A stretch of 63,885 nucleotides of DNA, counting the filler, from Octopus bimaculoides (lineage: Eukaryota), in NCBI RefSeq assembly GCF_001194135.2. It is 8 parts of 8 records of this genome, joined end to end, with 100 filler letters (N's around TTAATTAATTAA, not from the genome) between each part and the next. Parts side by side here need not be neighbours in the genome. Positions count along the whole stretch, not along the records: positions 35,181 to 45,636 come from NC_068981.1; positions 45,737 to 53,450 come from NW_026358540.1; 6 more parts are not named here. One strand, written 5' to 3'. Position 1 is the first letter of the stretch. Every line of letters starts with the position of its first letter. A model generated the notes under the pieces. That model made no database searches and was not told the DNA's origin. It saw only the letters and a program-made list of their open reading frames with translations. Positions 38,151 to 52,129 of this stretch are shown piece after piece. The position numbers were made by a program, and so were the translations under genes.

Positions 38151-38949
38151 GCATTGTTAAAAGTAGCAGCAACCTCTCCTATGATCACTCTGAAATCGAT
38201 AAAATCAATACTGGTTATGTACAGTGATCGATTAAATAATTATTTGTTATGGTTGGAAGTAGAGTGAAACTACAATATCTTAACCAAGCTTTATCAACTT
38301 GTTCCAATGATAGAAATCATCATTATCATGAGACTGAAGCTCCTTCCGTTCTAAGTTCAATATCTGCTAGGATAAAATTTTACTTTAATCCTCTCGATAA
38401 AATAATATATCAGTGAAGCTTTGAGATCGATGATACCTCCACTGCCCTTAAAATTGCAGAACTCGTATTTGCGATGCAGACAATTTAGGGTGGCGTGTTG
38501 CTAGGATCGCTAAAATGTAAGATACACTGCCTTGCGATATGTTCTTTAAGTTCCAATTTCAAATCGCTTCATAGTCGATAAAATCAAGAATCAACCAAGT
38601 ATTGAGTTTCATGCTATCGCCTAGCTCCACTCACCTTAAAACAGCTGGCATCGTGCCTAAGTTAGAAACAATTAATATGAAACTCGTGAATATAAGAAAA
38701 TATTGTTTAGAATCTCCAATGTCCGTGAGAGGTTTTAGATTATATGAACGTTAAATTCTTTACGTTCTATAGCATTGTTATCGAGAAAAACGTGCTGGTC
38801 ACGCAGTCCCACTCCGCTCAAGTTATTAATATATCATGCAAAGATATATTGAAATGGAATTGCTTGGCCAGTGTTATGAAGTGTGTGTGTGTGTGTGTGA
38901 TAGAGGGGGAGGGGGAGAGGAGGGGGTGGAGGAGGAGGAGGTGAGACTG

Positions 38950-39250
38950 GCATTTCGTCGGTGACGACGACGAGGATCCCAGTTGATCTGATCAACAGAA
39001 CAGCATGCTAGTGAAATTAACGTGCAAGTACTACGCGTACCCTTAGCGTAGTTCTCGGTGAAATTCATCGTGATACAGAATGAGACAAGGCTGGCCATTT
39101 AAAATACTGGTGCAGCTTAGTTTTATCAGCTGAATGAGCTAGAGCAACGTAAAATATAGCGTCTTGCTCAAGGACATAACGCGCAACTGGATATCGAACT
39201 CATAACGTAACGACCTTGAGAAGAATACCCTAACACTTGACCACACGCCT
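38950..39250 (-). mobile_element. SINE family 3, diverged copy
   Basis: CCAGTTGATCTGATCAACAGAACAGC...GTGAAATTAACGTGCAAGT...ACCCTTAGCGTAGTTCTCGG matches 15595-15710. Confidence 0.75.
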
Positions 39251-39736
39251 CCTACAGAGACAAACGAGAAGGGAATTGTGGAAGATGTTCAAATAAACCA
39301 AGCATCGGTACATGTACCTAACAATAAACGCAATATATATAGTGTAAAAATATTTTCACAAATATTTTTCAATTATCTAAAACACGACAACTTTGTAATC
39401 ATTTATTTCTAATGAAAACAATTGAATAGATCGGTAGCGATCGAGAGTGAGCCAGACAGACATGTGCTGTTGTGAATAAAAATTTTCTTGGTGACTGATG
39501 GCAGTAAATAAAAAAAAAATATTTTGTGATGGAAGCCAGTACTTGAATCTTCAATAGTAAAATACTTTGAAGACATTTTTCGATTAAAATCTGAATTGTT
39601 ATGAACTTTTAAGAATTTTGTAGACAATGAAAACTTCAGTAATTGCTTTCTCTTAGGAAAAGTTACTTAATTCCATTTAAGTAATAAGCAGCTTTCGCTA
39701 TTAAAGTGTGTGTGTGTGCATATATTTATATATTTA

Positions 39737-39774
<38 letters not shown>

Positions 39775-42456
39775 TAAATATACATGCATACATACAAACA
39801 CACACACACACGCATACACACACACACGCATACACACACACACACACACACGCATACACACACACACACATACACACATATATATGCATGTATATCAATT
39901 GAATTAAATAAAAAATACAGTGATATTTTTGAGCTACATTAATTGTGCTATTTGCATACCTTAGCATTTTTGATAATATTCCCTTGTCTTGGATAGCATA
40001 TATGTATGTCGAGTTTAAGGACTCTATCTGGAGGTCAGGTCAGGAAAATCTTGTTGCGGTATCAAGTAACGGAGTACTATCTTTTTATTGGTTGGGTAGT
40101 TGGCAACTAAGTCGGTTTTCCAAGTGAGGAGGGCAGTGTGGACACTTTGCATGACTAAAACCATGACCTTTAAAAGCATGGACGAGCTTAATGTAAGCCA
40201 CTGGACATCTACATGAGTGCTATCTCTTAACAACATCCTGTCCGTGGTCAGACATGTCGTGCAGCTAGTGCAAGACAGTAGCCACAAAAACGCCAATGAA
40301 AAACATACTATACTCGCTCTTGAACTGGCGCCGACGCCTAAGAATGATGTGGCGTAGAGCTAGAAGAAGGACACTATCTGGTCGCTAAACTGTCTAGAAT
40401 TAACGATTTAATTTCCTTTAAAATCACATTCACTTTGAAAGGAAGGATACATTGAATAATGTATTCCCAAGTATACTATTAAAAAATAAAAAGCAAAGCA
40501 AAAAGATTGTACTATCACAGCTTGATTTACTTTGATTTTATTTCTGCTGAAAAAGAGTTACCCTAAGGCTAAAATAACAACAATAAAATGATAATGTTGA
40601 AGGACGTGAGCACAATAAAATTAGCAACCGTTCGATAGAAATAAATTGTAGTCTCATCAATTGCAGCTGGGTCGATGTGAAAATATTTATCATGGCAGCA
40701 GAAGAAGAATTCTGTTTTGATTCATTTATTTATTATTCATGTACATTAAAGTTAGGAAGTATATTAGAAAAAGTTTGAAAAGAAAGCGAACAGATAAAGT
40801 TAAGCAACGAATATAATAAAGACGATTTTAACAACTCCTACATAAACTCCAACCACTGCATCAACACCAAGAACAATAGCAGTGACAACAATGAAAATAT
40901 AGCCATAGCAACGACCATCAAACTATGACCACAAGAAACCATAACTGCAGATAATTATGATCACAATAACATCAGCTAATATCAACACCACCAACTATCA
41001 ACACTATCAAATATTANNNNNNNNNNNNNNNNNNNNNNNNNNNNNNNNNNNNNNNNNNNNNNNNNNNNNNNNNNNNNNNNNNNNNNNNNNNNNNNNNNNN
41101 NNNNNNNNNNNNNNNNNNNNNNNNNNNNNNNNNNNNNNNNNNNNNNNNNNNNNNNNNNNNNNNNNNNNNNNNNNNNNNNNNNNNNNNNNNNNNNNNNNNN
41201 NNNCAATAACATCAGCTAATATCAACACCACCAACTATCAACACTATCAAATATTAAAAGCTATAACACAGAGTCCTTATATAAACAGTATATCATAAAA
41301 TTGTAGTTAGGCGCTGTAGTTGGTTAAAAAGTCTCTAGTGTATACTTAGTACTATATTTATCGCCCATGGAGAGACGAATTCTTTTGTTAGTGTAGTCAG
41401 GTGAAAGGGGAAATGTCAATGAGTTTTATAAACTAACTGCGACTAGTGGGAATGCTTTGGCAGATATTTAGCTTTAGCATCTATAAATTAGCATCTATAC
41501 ATTATTGCAAAAAGAAATTAATAACAACCAAGGAATGAAGCTAAATCTAGAGCGTTGGTGGTTCTGAGGGGACTTGTATAAACGGTTAGTATGGGGTTGA
41601 GGAATGGGAAAGATACAGGCTGTGTGGCAAGAGAAAGAAAGACGAAAGTATTGATAGGTTTAGATGGACATCATATACTAATAGCTTGTTCGGGGATTCA
41701 CAGAAGCAAAGGCTGTTTCTGTTTCTTAAATATCTTAGTTGATTTGATAGGAGGAAGCTGAGCAATTATGATGTGAGATAACAGTATTCTATCATTTCAC
41801 AGAAGAGAAAAATGACATTTTACAACCAACAAATGAAAAATTCACCACTTTTAGAGTAGTTCTTATAAGGGTTAATAGAGTTAAAAGTAGTCGAATATCA
41901 GAATTTCGGACAAAATATACCTGTTTTCACCTTAAATCCCACTGGTGTTGGCTTTTCATTTCATTATTTAGAAGTTAATAAAATAACCACCAGTTTTATA
42001 CTGAGGTTGATTCAATCCACACCTTCTTTTAGAGATGTTTGGAATTGTGAAATTGTAAGAACTTAATATTAGTACAGTCATGAAACTGAAGACTAGGCTT
42101 TTGAATGTGATTACGACACATTATCAATAACGTCTGTCTATTCTCTTCGGGATTTTTTTCAATTGCAGTTACACGTCAGTATAAAAATCAGATTGATTAA
42201 ATAGAATCTGTGCAAAGAGTATTTGCACGCAGAAAATCAACTCTCCAAAGACGAAATATAAATTACAATCAGCAAATGTCCGAATTGAAAATCGACTCCC
42301 CTGCGTTTTGCAGAATAAAAACAGAATTGACCCTTATTTTGAAAATTTTAAACTAATTATATTTTAAAAATTTAGTGTCTGTTTAAAACAATAATCTTAC
42401 AATAAAACAAAAGAAATAAAATTTTGGTGTTAGCATGCAATTTTAATGCTACAAAA

Positions 42457-42495
<39 letters not shown>

Positions 42496-44835
42496 GCTTT
42501 CATAAAAAGATCAGTCGAGATTTGGAATAGACTTCCCAAAAGCATAGTTTTAGCATGAAGCATAGGAATTTTTTTTGCAACTGGAATCAGAGAAAATTAG
42601 CAAATTGGTTTTAAAGTATTTACAACCGGCAGACTCTTAAATAGTAATAAAATTGGCAACTGCCCGTTCTAATTGTGGTTTTCTTTGGCATTTCTCCATG
42701 TAGTGACAATAATAATTTTTCATCAAATCTTTAAATATTCTGTTTCGAAATTTTCTATAACTTTTATTGTTGTTGTAGTTGCCGACATATTTTGAGGTAG
42801 GAAATTTTACTTGTCATGATGAATTTATCTTTTTTTTTTTCTATGTATTTGCACATACTTTAACACGACAAGAAAGTATTGAGACGCTCACTATACAGGT
42901 TTTAAAACTATGAATAGCTAGGTTCATAACTATCAACATAGGATTTGAACTTACACTGGTTCGACTTAAATAATTGAAATGTCAACTCGATTTCCATCTT
43001 CTATCCGTTCACGCTAAACTACTCGTTCGCCATGCAGTGTAGCAACAAAAATAAAACAGAAAACTAGCTTCAAAGAAAGAACTATAGTTGCTGGTGCTGT
43101 AGGTAAAATTTAGCCTTTGTTCAAACAGACTGCTGATCAAAGTCATTTTATCATTGACCAATCGTTCCTCTATTCCAATCATCACCTTTTCTATTTATTT
43201 CCCCACCCTTCCCAAAACATGACATATGTTGTTATTTACCTCAAAAGCAGCTCTGGTCAAAAACGTCTGTAAGTAAAAGTGTTCCTGTTGAGATCATTCC
43301 GCTTTTTATCTTTTTTTTTTTCCCTACATATTTTATCTAAAACAACGTTCTCCACTGTATTCCTCATCCTCGAAGAAGTTGGATAACATCTGAAATAGAT
43401 TTCGCTGAATTTATAAAATTTTGAGTGATGACGTAGAAGCCCCTTAATTACTTAGGTAATATTACAAATGATAGATGATGTATATACCTTGATTTTCCAG
43501 CATATTTTCTAATTTATTTGCCTGTTTCTATTAGAATTAAATTACGCATTAAGAATTTTGAAAACAAATATTCTTTCTTAAATTATCATCTTATAATCTG
43601 TATCTAATAGCAGTTCTGCTGACCGTCAATACTTACAACAATAGACACTACCTTGATGAGGAATCCGTATATTTCAGGTACATTATTGTTACTAACACAG
43701 AAATCTGAAAGATGGAGTAATAGTCCACACAGCAGATTAACATCATAGTAATAAGTTATTGAGCAACATATATTAAATTGTAAAGTAACAGGTTACAACA
43801 ATCGACGTTCTAATGTTTAAGCTGTTCTTTATATTAACTTTGATAGCAAGGCACCGGACCAGAAATACACAGGGAAGAAGTATGACCAGGGAAATTAATC
43901 ATATTACATATCTGTCATTAATTTATCCGTTATGGAAAAATTATGAGCAGGGTTGATAACGTTAACTGAAAAGATCTCAAAGCACTGATACTGCTTACAG
44001 AAGAGAATTATCTCAAGTGCAGTACGTTTTAGAGTTAAATTGACTGAACCATGGTGAGTTAGGAAACTTGGCCTCGAATATAAGTAACATTAGAGATAAG
44101 ATCTCAACCACCCATTTCTACGCTGCAATACACACTATCGGTTCGTCTTTTCATACTCTTCCACAACAGTAACTACATCAAAAATAATAATTACACGACA
44201 ATAGTAAATGCATGAACAAATATTCAAGGCATATTTCAGTGCTAAGCCTGTGCATTGTTGCAGTGTGATTGACCAAAAACCACCGTGTCATACGTCGATT
44301 CCTATTTAACCAAGGCGACGCAACAACCGCAAGTATTGCAACAACACATGCTATAAACAACAGAAACAATCTTAGCAAGAGGAAAATGTCAAAATGAATG
44401 AGGAAAGGAGAGAAAAAGATAGAACGGAAAGGATTTCGAAAGGGATTCGAAAAGAAAGAAATTAACAAACAGAGAAAAGAAAAGAGTGAGGAAAAAATGA
44501 GAAACTAAAGAAAGAAGAAAAAAAACGAAAATGTAACACAAAAGATGAAAACCTAAACTCGTAGAAAGGAAGGAGAATATTATGGAACAAAATACATCCG
44601 CTCTGATATCAACACTTTCGTAATGCTAAAACCTCCACAAAGAGTGAGGTGGTGTAATGCCCTTTCTAAAAGATGACCTAGGAACTGCAAGAGATTAAAA
44701 TATTGGTTTGAGAGCTAGAATTATTAATATTCAAGCGAACCAATTGTGCAACAGAGATTCTGTTTTCATTCATGAACAAGTAATCCTATTTATGTTGCTT
44801 AGGCTATTTACAGAAATACAAATAATGCTGAATGG

Positions 44836-44930
<95 letters not shown>

Positions 44931-45601
44931 CTGGCATCTTTTGGTTCTGAAAATATATAAACATTATTCCGATATACACAATTAAAGAAGGATTACATTA
45001 AATTAACTATCTTGGGAATAGCCTTCCGGGTTAATATAATTCGGTATACAGTATAAATGCATCTGAAATTCTCACAGGCCACTGATGATATGAATTTTTG
45101 TCTCCCATTAGTATTTATAACTTTTAACAGAGCACGCACATAAGAGACGATATCTCAGAAAAATACCGCAGCAACTGGCCACTCAGTGGTCTACATACAT
45201 TCGGTATGATACACTGATAGTTACGTAAATAATATCTGAAGCTACAAGACTACCTAATGTTCAGCGTTTTCGGGAAGCATATCCACTACCATAACTTGGT
45301 TCATCAGTAATATACAGGCATTAGAATTTGATACACGCCAAATTCATAATAGGATATGGCAAGAAGGTTTGTAACGTCATTCACCGGATGTATTGGAACG
45401 CTACGTCTATTTGTATAAACCAATAGACCAAAGCGGCATCTTTAGCGCTCAGAATTGCTGACATAAATTAAAGTAGCTACTAGTGGTCCTCGGGCGGATA
45501 TCTCAGTCCACACATTATTAATATTAAAGGCACGCCCTCACACACACGCACACACACATATACAAACACACACATACACACACACACACATCTATCTATC
45601 T

Positions 45602-45636
<35 letters not shown>

Positions 45637-45736
45637 NNNNNNNNNNNNNNNNNNNNNNNNNNNNNNNNNNNNNNNNNNNNTTAATTAATTAANNNNNNNN
45701 NNNNNNNNNNNNNNNNNNNNNNNNNNNNNNNNNNNN
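45637..45736. other. Artificial scaffold-joining spacer
   Basis: 44N + TTAATTAATTAA (45681-45692) + 44N. Confidence 0.97.
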
Positions 45737-46601
45737 GTCCATGCTGGTTGGCATTAGGAAGGGCACCCAGTAGTAGAAACCAAGCCAAAACAGACATTGG
45801 AACATGATGCAGTCTTTGGACACATCAGATCCTGTCTAACCAGCCAGTCTGTTCCAGCATGGAACAGGGATGTTAAATGATGATGTATAATTTGCTTTAA
45901 ATTTAGTGTACTTCTTTCTGTGTTTCAGATTCATTATGACATACTGCAAATCCCTNNNNNNNNNNACTACTCCTACTGCTTGCTCTCCCATTCTATTCTG
46001 CATTGCTCTATCCACCCCCACCCCCCAACTTGTGGCTTCTTGGTCACTCACCCTTCAACCCTGCCCCTTTTGACAGTCTGTCTCTTTATCCCATACAATC
46101 TTGCACTGATTCTTCAACTCACCTTGTGCCTTATGGGGCCACCTAGGCACCTTGTCACAATTATCTCTTGCATCTATTGTTAATTGTTGCATTCTCTCCC
46201 CGCATACTAGATGTAAGTAACCATGCAGATCTTATACAAGAACCTGCACTGCCTCTCTCATAGTTCCCTCCCGTCATCCCCGAACATGAAGCTGATCCTT
46301 CCCCCACTCCCCTCGAGGTTAGTTCTCCCCCCCCCAGGTTTGTAGTTGCAGGTAGCATGAAAAAGGTATCCAGTCCATGCTGGTTGGCATTAGGAAGGGC
46401 ACCCAGTAGTAGAAACCAAGCNNNNNNNNNNNNNNNNNNNNNNNNNNNNNNNNNNNNNNNNNNNNNNNNNNNNNNNNNNNNNNNNNNNNNNNNNNNNNNN
46501 NNNNNNNNNNNNNNNNNNNNNNNNNNNNNNNNNNNNNNNNNNNNNNNNNNNNNNNNNNNNNNNNNNNNNNNNNNNNNNNTGTACTTCTTTCTGTGTTTCA
46601 G

Positions 46602-46823
46602 ATTCATTATGACATACTGCAAATCCCTACAAGTACTCAAGGCTAAAAACTGTCAGCATATCAGTGAGCGATGTCTGCTGGACCTTGATGAATCCATTAG
46701 TGTCGATGTCCTACNNNNNNNNNNGAGCGATGTCTGCTGGACCTTGATGAATCCATTAGTGTCGATGTCCTACATGAGACCCTCAAACGAAAGAAAATAC
46801 CACGGATCACAGACCAAATTTGA
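46602..46823 (+). CDS. FBXL15: Candidate terminal exon of an F-box/LRR protein (FBXL15/jetlag-like C-terminus)
   Basis: Strong acceptor TTCTTTCTGTGTTTCAG. After collapsing the gap-duplicated stretch 46695-46770 it reads FIMTYCKSLQVLKAKNCQHISERCLLDLDESISVDVLHETLKRKKIPRITDQI*, which resembles the last cysteine-containing LRR plus IDV...QI end of FBXL15 (from memory; orthology not tested). Confidence 0.55.
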
Positions 46824-49800
46824 ACTCGGTATTTGATTTTCTGTCTGATGTTCAGGAAAGTNNNNNNNNNNNNNNNNNNNNCTTAATGCACTGCGTTGAT
46901 GATAATTGGAAATGCTGTCCTTACTGGGGTATAAAAGTTATTATCTAATTGGGATGTTGTAACTAGGAGGGGTGGGAGTTTTAGGGATCTGGAATGATAA
47001 TGAACACAACATATTTCTTTTAATCACAATTTCGCTGGTGGTGGACCTTTTAAAATGTATCAACATTTTGATTATACCCGTGACTCTCCGATTGGATTCT
47101 CAAATAGTGCACCAAAAATTTTATATATAGTGATTTATCCAGTTTTGTTTAAATATTATTGTTGATTGTAAACATTTAAATGTAGCTGTTGCCAACTACA
47201 TAGAGAAAATCATTTTTGTAAGCCTTAAATTAATGGCTTAGTGTTGGAATGTCCAAACTGAAAGTAAATGGTACACTATCTATGAATTATTATTGGATTT
47301 TATGTATTTAGCTGAGAAAGTTAGTATGAATTGGAGATATTGATTATATGTCAAAAAGAGGTGTGTTTGTGTATATGAAACTGCAATGGGTTGTGTAAAA
47401 AAATTGCCTACTTAAGTTGTATTATGGTATTAGGAGTTGGTTGAAGAAAAAAAGCATCATCATCAAATGTCTGTCTTCCATGCTGGCATGGATCGGACAG
47501 AGGCTTGTAAGCAGAGGACTGCACCAAGCTCCATTGTCTGCTTTGTCATGGTTTTTACAGCTAGATGCCCTTCCTAATGCCAACCACTTCAGAGAATGGA
47601 CTAGATGTTTTTTGCATAGCACCAGCACTGGTTATGTCAAAGTAATTTGCAAGATCCTTTGAAAGGTGGTGGTGGGGTAATGAAAGAGGTAGCTTTGTGC
47701 CAGGGGATGCGAGAGACAGTATATAAATTATGAGTAGTCAGCATACCCTCTTTATGGTACTGCTTGTGGTCAAACCATCTTGCAAATGACCAAGTTCACC
47801 TAGAAGTAAATAAGGTACAATGGCATGGTAATTAGATGTCTATAAGAACAGCACTAAAATTAATATTTAAGTAGGTAGAAACTGTGGGTTGAGCACTGGG
47901 TGCATCTTGGAATGAAATATCATGATACTGTATGTAATAATTTTATACGAAATTTGACTATGGTAGCACAAAGCATTAAAATTAAGGCAAAGAAAGTTGA
48001 AATTCTAGTATTCATTTTGTTATCAAGGGCTTTATCCATGTNNNNNNNNNNAAAGTTGAAATTCTAGTATTCATTTTGTTATCAAGGGCTTTATCCATGT
48101 AAGGTGAAAAGACTAATAATAATGTTAACTTGTTTTTAATCGAAAGCTTATCTTTAGTTTCCTTTATCTGCTATGCATTATGGTGCACTTAACTCTNNNN
48201 NNNNNNTTATCTTTAGTTTCCTTTATCTGCTATGCATTATGGTGCACTTAACTCTAGCAACTCAGTTACAATTAGAAAGGTGATTGCAAGGGGAATAACT
48301 CGTGAACATACTTCATTTACTAAGGGACGTNNNNNNNNNNNNNNNNNNNNNNNNNNNNNNNNNNNNNNNNNNNNNNNGATTGCAAGGGGAATAACTCGTG
48401 AACATACTTCATTTACTAAGGGACGTAACCAATCCCCTTCAAGAAAATATCTGCTAAGTTTGGAGTGGCTCAGTTATTAATTATGAATTCACTATGGCAT
48501 TAGCTGTGTAATAGTAATATTAAGGTCAATGTATTCTCAATTGTGGCCTTTTCGGAGCTCTCTAGTTAATCTGCTTCGTGACCAATTTAACTACGATTAA
48601 GTTCACTGAAAATGATCAGTAGTTCACTACGTTTTGAGATAGAAAATTGTGATAAAAAACAAAAAAAGTTACATTAAAATGTTAAAAATGGGAGGGTCAC
48701 AGATGTAAATTGTAAGCAGTATAGTTTCCTTATTTCTATATTTTTGTTTTAGTTACACTTAAATAAAAGATGTCAATGAGGAATTTAATTTTACAGATTT
48801 AGAAGAAATCGTGTCAGAGTTGGTGCAATAGAACTGAGGTAAAGTGAATGTGGAAAGTGTAATACCTGATTTTTTTATTTTTACATAATATCTCTTATTT
48901 TCAAAGAGCAATTTAGTATAATTAAGTTTAGTTGAAGGATAGCAAAAGGAATCTAATTCGGTAAACTGTATCAAAATTGATGCAATAGAAAAACTTATTA
49001 GCAATGCAAGTAATGCCAAAATTCGTTTTTAAGCTGTCATATGTTATTTAGAAAATTAGCATAATCTAGATTTCATAAAAGATCTAATCTTGCAAACTAT
49101 CAAAACTGGTAAGGTAGAAAAAAAAAGTTGTGTGACAAAACATGGTCTAACTTGAGCCAGTACAAAGCGCAGACATTAAATGATGATTGGTATATATAAT
49201 GTAGAGTGTGTAATATTTCATGTAATGTACCCTGCTTTGTTAATCTTATTCTATCTTTTAGAACTGTCAAGGTTTTCTCAATGTGAGTAAAAGATTCTTT
49301 ATATTCATCTAAATATTTTATTAATAGTAATCTAAATGAATAGTGGACAGATTTTATCAATATATAAGCTTGTTAGCAAGTCCTACTCCAATAACAATCA
49401 ATTATATTCATAACACTATCAGTTAAAAATATCTAGACGAAGACAAGGCACTTCAGCTTTTAAGTAGCAGTGTCTACTCAAAATCTAGTATAGACCTTAA
49501 GCATAATTCTGCTGGCCTTCGAGTAGGTCTAGCCACAATGTTCTCTGTAGGCCAGCAAAGAATCACCAGTTCAAATGGCTGGGCCAATTAGGGTGCATGA
49601 GTGATTGAATGATCTCAAAATGGTTGTTCCATTGCTAATTTGTAACAAGATAGAATTCTAGAATAAACTAGCAACTATATTAAATTGTTACTGTTTCGGT
49701 CTTAAAAAAAGATTCATATTTAAGTATTTAGAGTGATAATTTGAAAAATATTAAAGACATCATCCTCTAAGATGTAGCAAAGATACAAGTTGAAATGAGA

Positions 49801-51175
49801 GTGCAATCAGTACATTCTACTCAAACTTGAACAATACTTTTCCCTTTTGTTCCATTCTCTCATACTCTGCAAAAGTTTGTCACTCATTGGCTAACTCTTT
49901 TCCCTTTTGTTATAGGTTAGGGACTATGGATTAAGAATAACTGTACATAGGTAATTGAGTTTGTGTGTGAGAGTGTGTATGTATAATATTTATGTAACAT
50001 CATACACATTTGCAAGTGGTAGGAGATAAAAAAAATAAGTTGGTTGGTACAACACTTTATAATAAATAATATATTTATAAATATTTGTATTTTCACATTA
50101 CAAGATTTGATCAGATTTTGATAAAGAAAAATAATTTGCTCTCCTCAACGTTCATCCTTTCCTATGATTAAAAAAATATTCTGAGACATAAGTCACATAT
50201 TTTTCCTGCTTTTCCAAAGATTTCTTCATGTATACACCTGATATATTAAGGCGACTTGAATAAGAGTTATCTCCACTCAGTCATCATTTCAAGTCTTTTC
50301 GTTTTACATATCACAATTTTAACTTAGCAGTAAATTATTGGATAAAACTCAGAATCTAAAAATACTGTTGATGGTCTCCAATGACAAAAATTATTCTGTA
50401 TGTGACTTCATAGAAGAGTTTGGTAAGGTTGGTTGCTGTGAACAGTTAAGAAAACTAATGTTCCAGCTTCTTGTGCTTAGTCTGAGACTAAGAAAGAGAA
50501 AGTATTGTCTGTTTGGCTGCAAACTAGTGAAATTATTNNNNNNNNNNTAAGAAAGAGAAAGTATTGTCTGTTTGGCTGCAAACTAGTGAAATTATTGTTC
50601 CAACATCAAAACTTTCCAAAGTTCTTCCTGTCTGATAAAAGTTTTCATAATTCAAATTATACAATTTACATTGTGTGTCTGCAAATAANNNNNNNNNNNN
50701 NAATTATACAATTTACATTGTGTGTCTGCAAATAAATTAATTTTTCAATACACACTTGAAGGAAAGTGTAGAGAAATTTATCTTATTGTAGAAATCAGTT
50801 GCAGTTATTTTGATATCTGTATATATTGGGTGATTTTAAGAAGATATTTGTATAGCAGACTGCAGTGTTACAGAGATGTTTGTGGGCAGTAGAGGTAAGA
50901 CCTATATGAGTCCAGGTAGACTGATTTCTTTAACTGTGATCCATGTGTTGTTAAATGCCCTTTTACAAGTGCAATGGTGAAAATTTGAAAGATTTGTTTT
51001 TTACTAGATAAAAAGGAGAAACAAATCGTCCATTACTGCATGAGGAAATGGATTCAAATACATTTCTTTTGCAACATCAATTTGATGTTAAAAGATTTTT
51101 AAACACAGCTTTTCTGCTTTCACCAGTGATATACTCAATAAATGAACATCAATAACCAAAGATAACAAATACATA

Positions 51176-51443
51176 TCAGTGCTTGAAAAATGCAGTTAAA
51201 GCTGTTTGCCCTTTAATCTGTGGTAGGAGTTTCCGGCGACATTTTTGCTTTGCTTTTTTGGGGTCTGTCTCCTTTTTGCGTTTAGTTGCTTCACTTTTTT
51301 TGGAAGGTTGAGTGACAGGTGATAACATATCTTGAGCAGCTTCCAATATACTAGGATCATTCTCTTTATCTTTGGTACTATGTGATGGAGTCAGTTTATT
51401 AAAAGCTGTCTTTTTGCCACTGGCTGGGTACATCAAGGTCTTA
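51176..51443 (-). CDS. PARPBP: Terminal exon of a PCNA-interacting protein, PARPBP/PARI-like
   Basis: Acceptor TTTCCTTTGGTTTTAG, then KTLMYPASGKK...KCRRKLLPQIKGQTALTAFFKH*. C-terminal PIP box Q-x-x-L-x-x-F-F with a KC..KL..GQ..LT.FF end like PARI (from memory). Confidence 0.7.
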
Positions 51444-52129
51444 CTAAAACCAAAGGAAACAATCAAATACTTTTAGAAACAAACAAAAAAAAAATTTATC
51501 AGGATTATTATACCCCTCCAAAAAAATATGCATGTTATCTTCACTAAGATTAATACTATTTAGAAATTTGCTTAAATGATAGCATAGACATTGTGGATTT
51601 CAATATCTTAAAAGGTTGGTAACAATTTCTATAATGTGACAAGAGTCAGTAAGACCTGCTTTCTTTCACATGTTAAAGATAATTACTTCTTTGGTAGACT
51701 ATGACATCTCCAAAAGCTCAATAGAATTGTAACTAATGTAAATTATTCAGATGCAGTTAACTGTATTCCCTCATATGTAAAATAATGTCTGACCACATGT
51801 ACATACAGATACAAAATTTTCCAATTATCTCTGCTTACCCATACAATTGTTATCATTTCCTGTGCACTGAACCATGTCCTGGTAATACAACAGTGAATTT
51901 GTTAATTGCTGTTTTCTTTTTCCTCATCTACAGTGACTTCATATGGTTACAGCTCTCTTCTAACTCATTCTCAATGCTAACTAAATTCTTCAGTTGAAAA
52001 TTCCATCCCTCTCAGATAAAGTGCATTCCCTCCCACCACCAATCAAACCACTTTCTTCTTATGGCACACAAATTTATCCAAAGTCATGCATATCCTCATA
52101 GCTTATATTTAAATTAATGTTAAGCTTCA

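Noticed and set aside
45908-46770. Apparent duplicated copies of the FBXL15-like exon start and its internal segment
   Set aside because: Exact repeats on either side of short or estimated N gaps indicate unmerged overlapping or misordered contigs; the same pattern occurs near 41017-41203, 48041, 48197, 48331, 50538 and 50689
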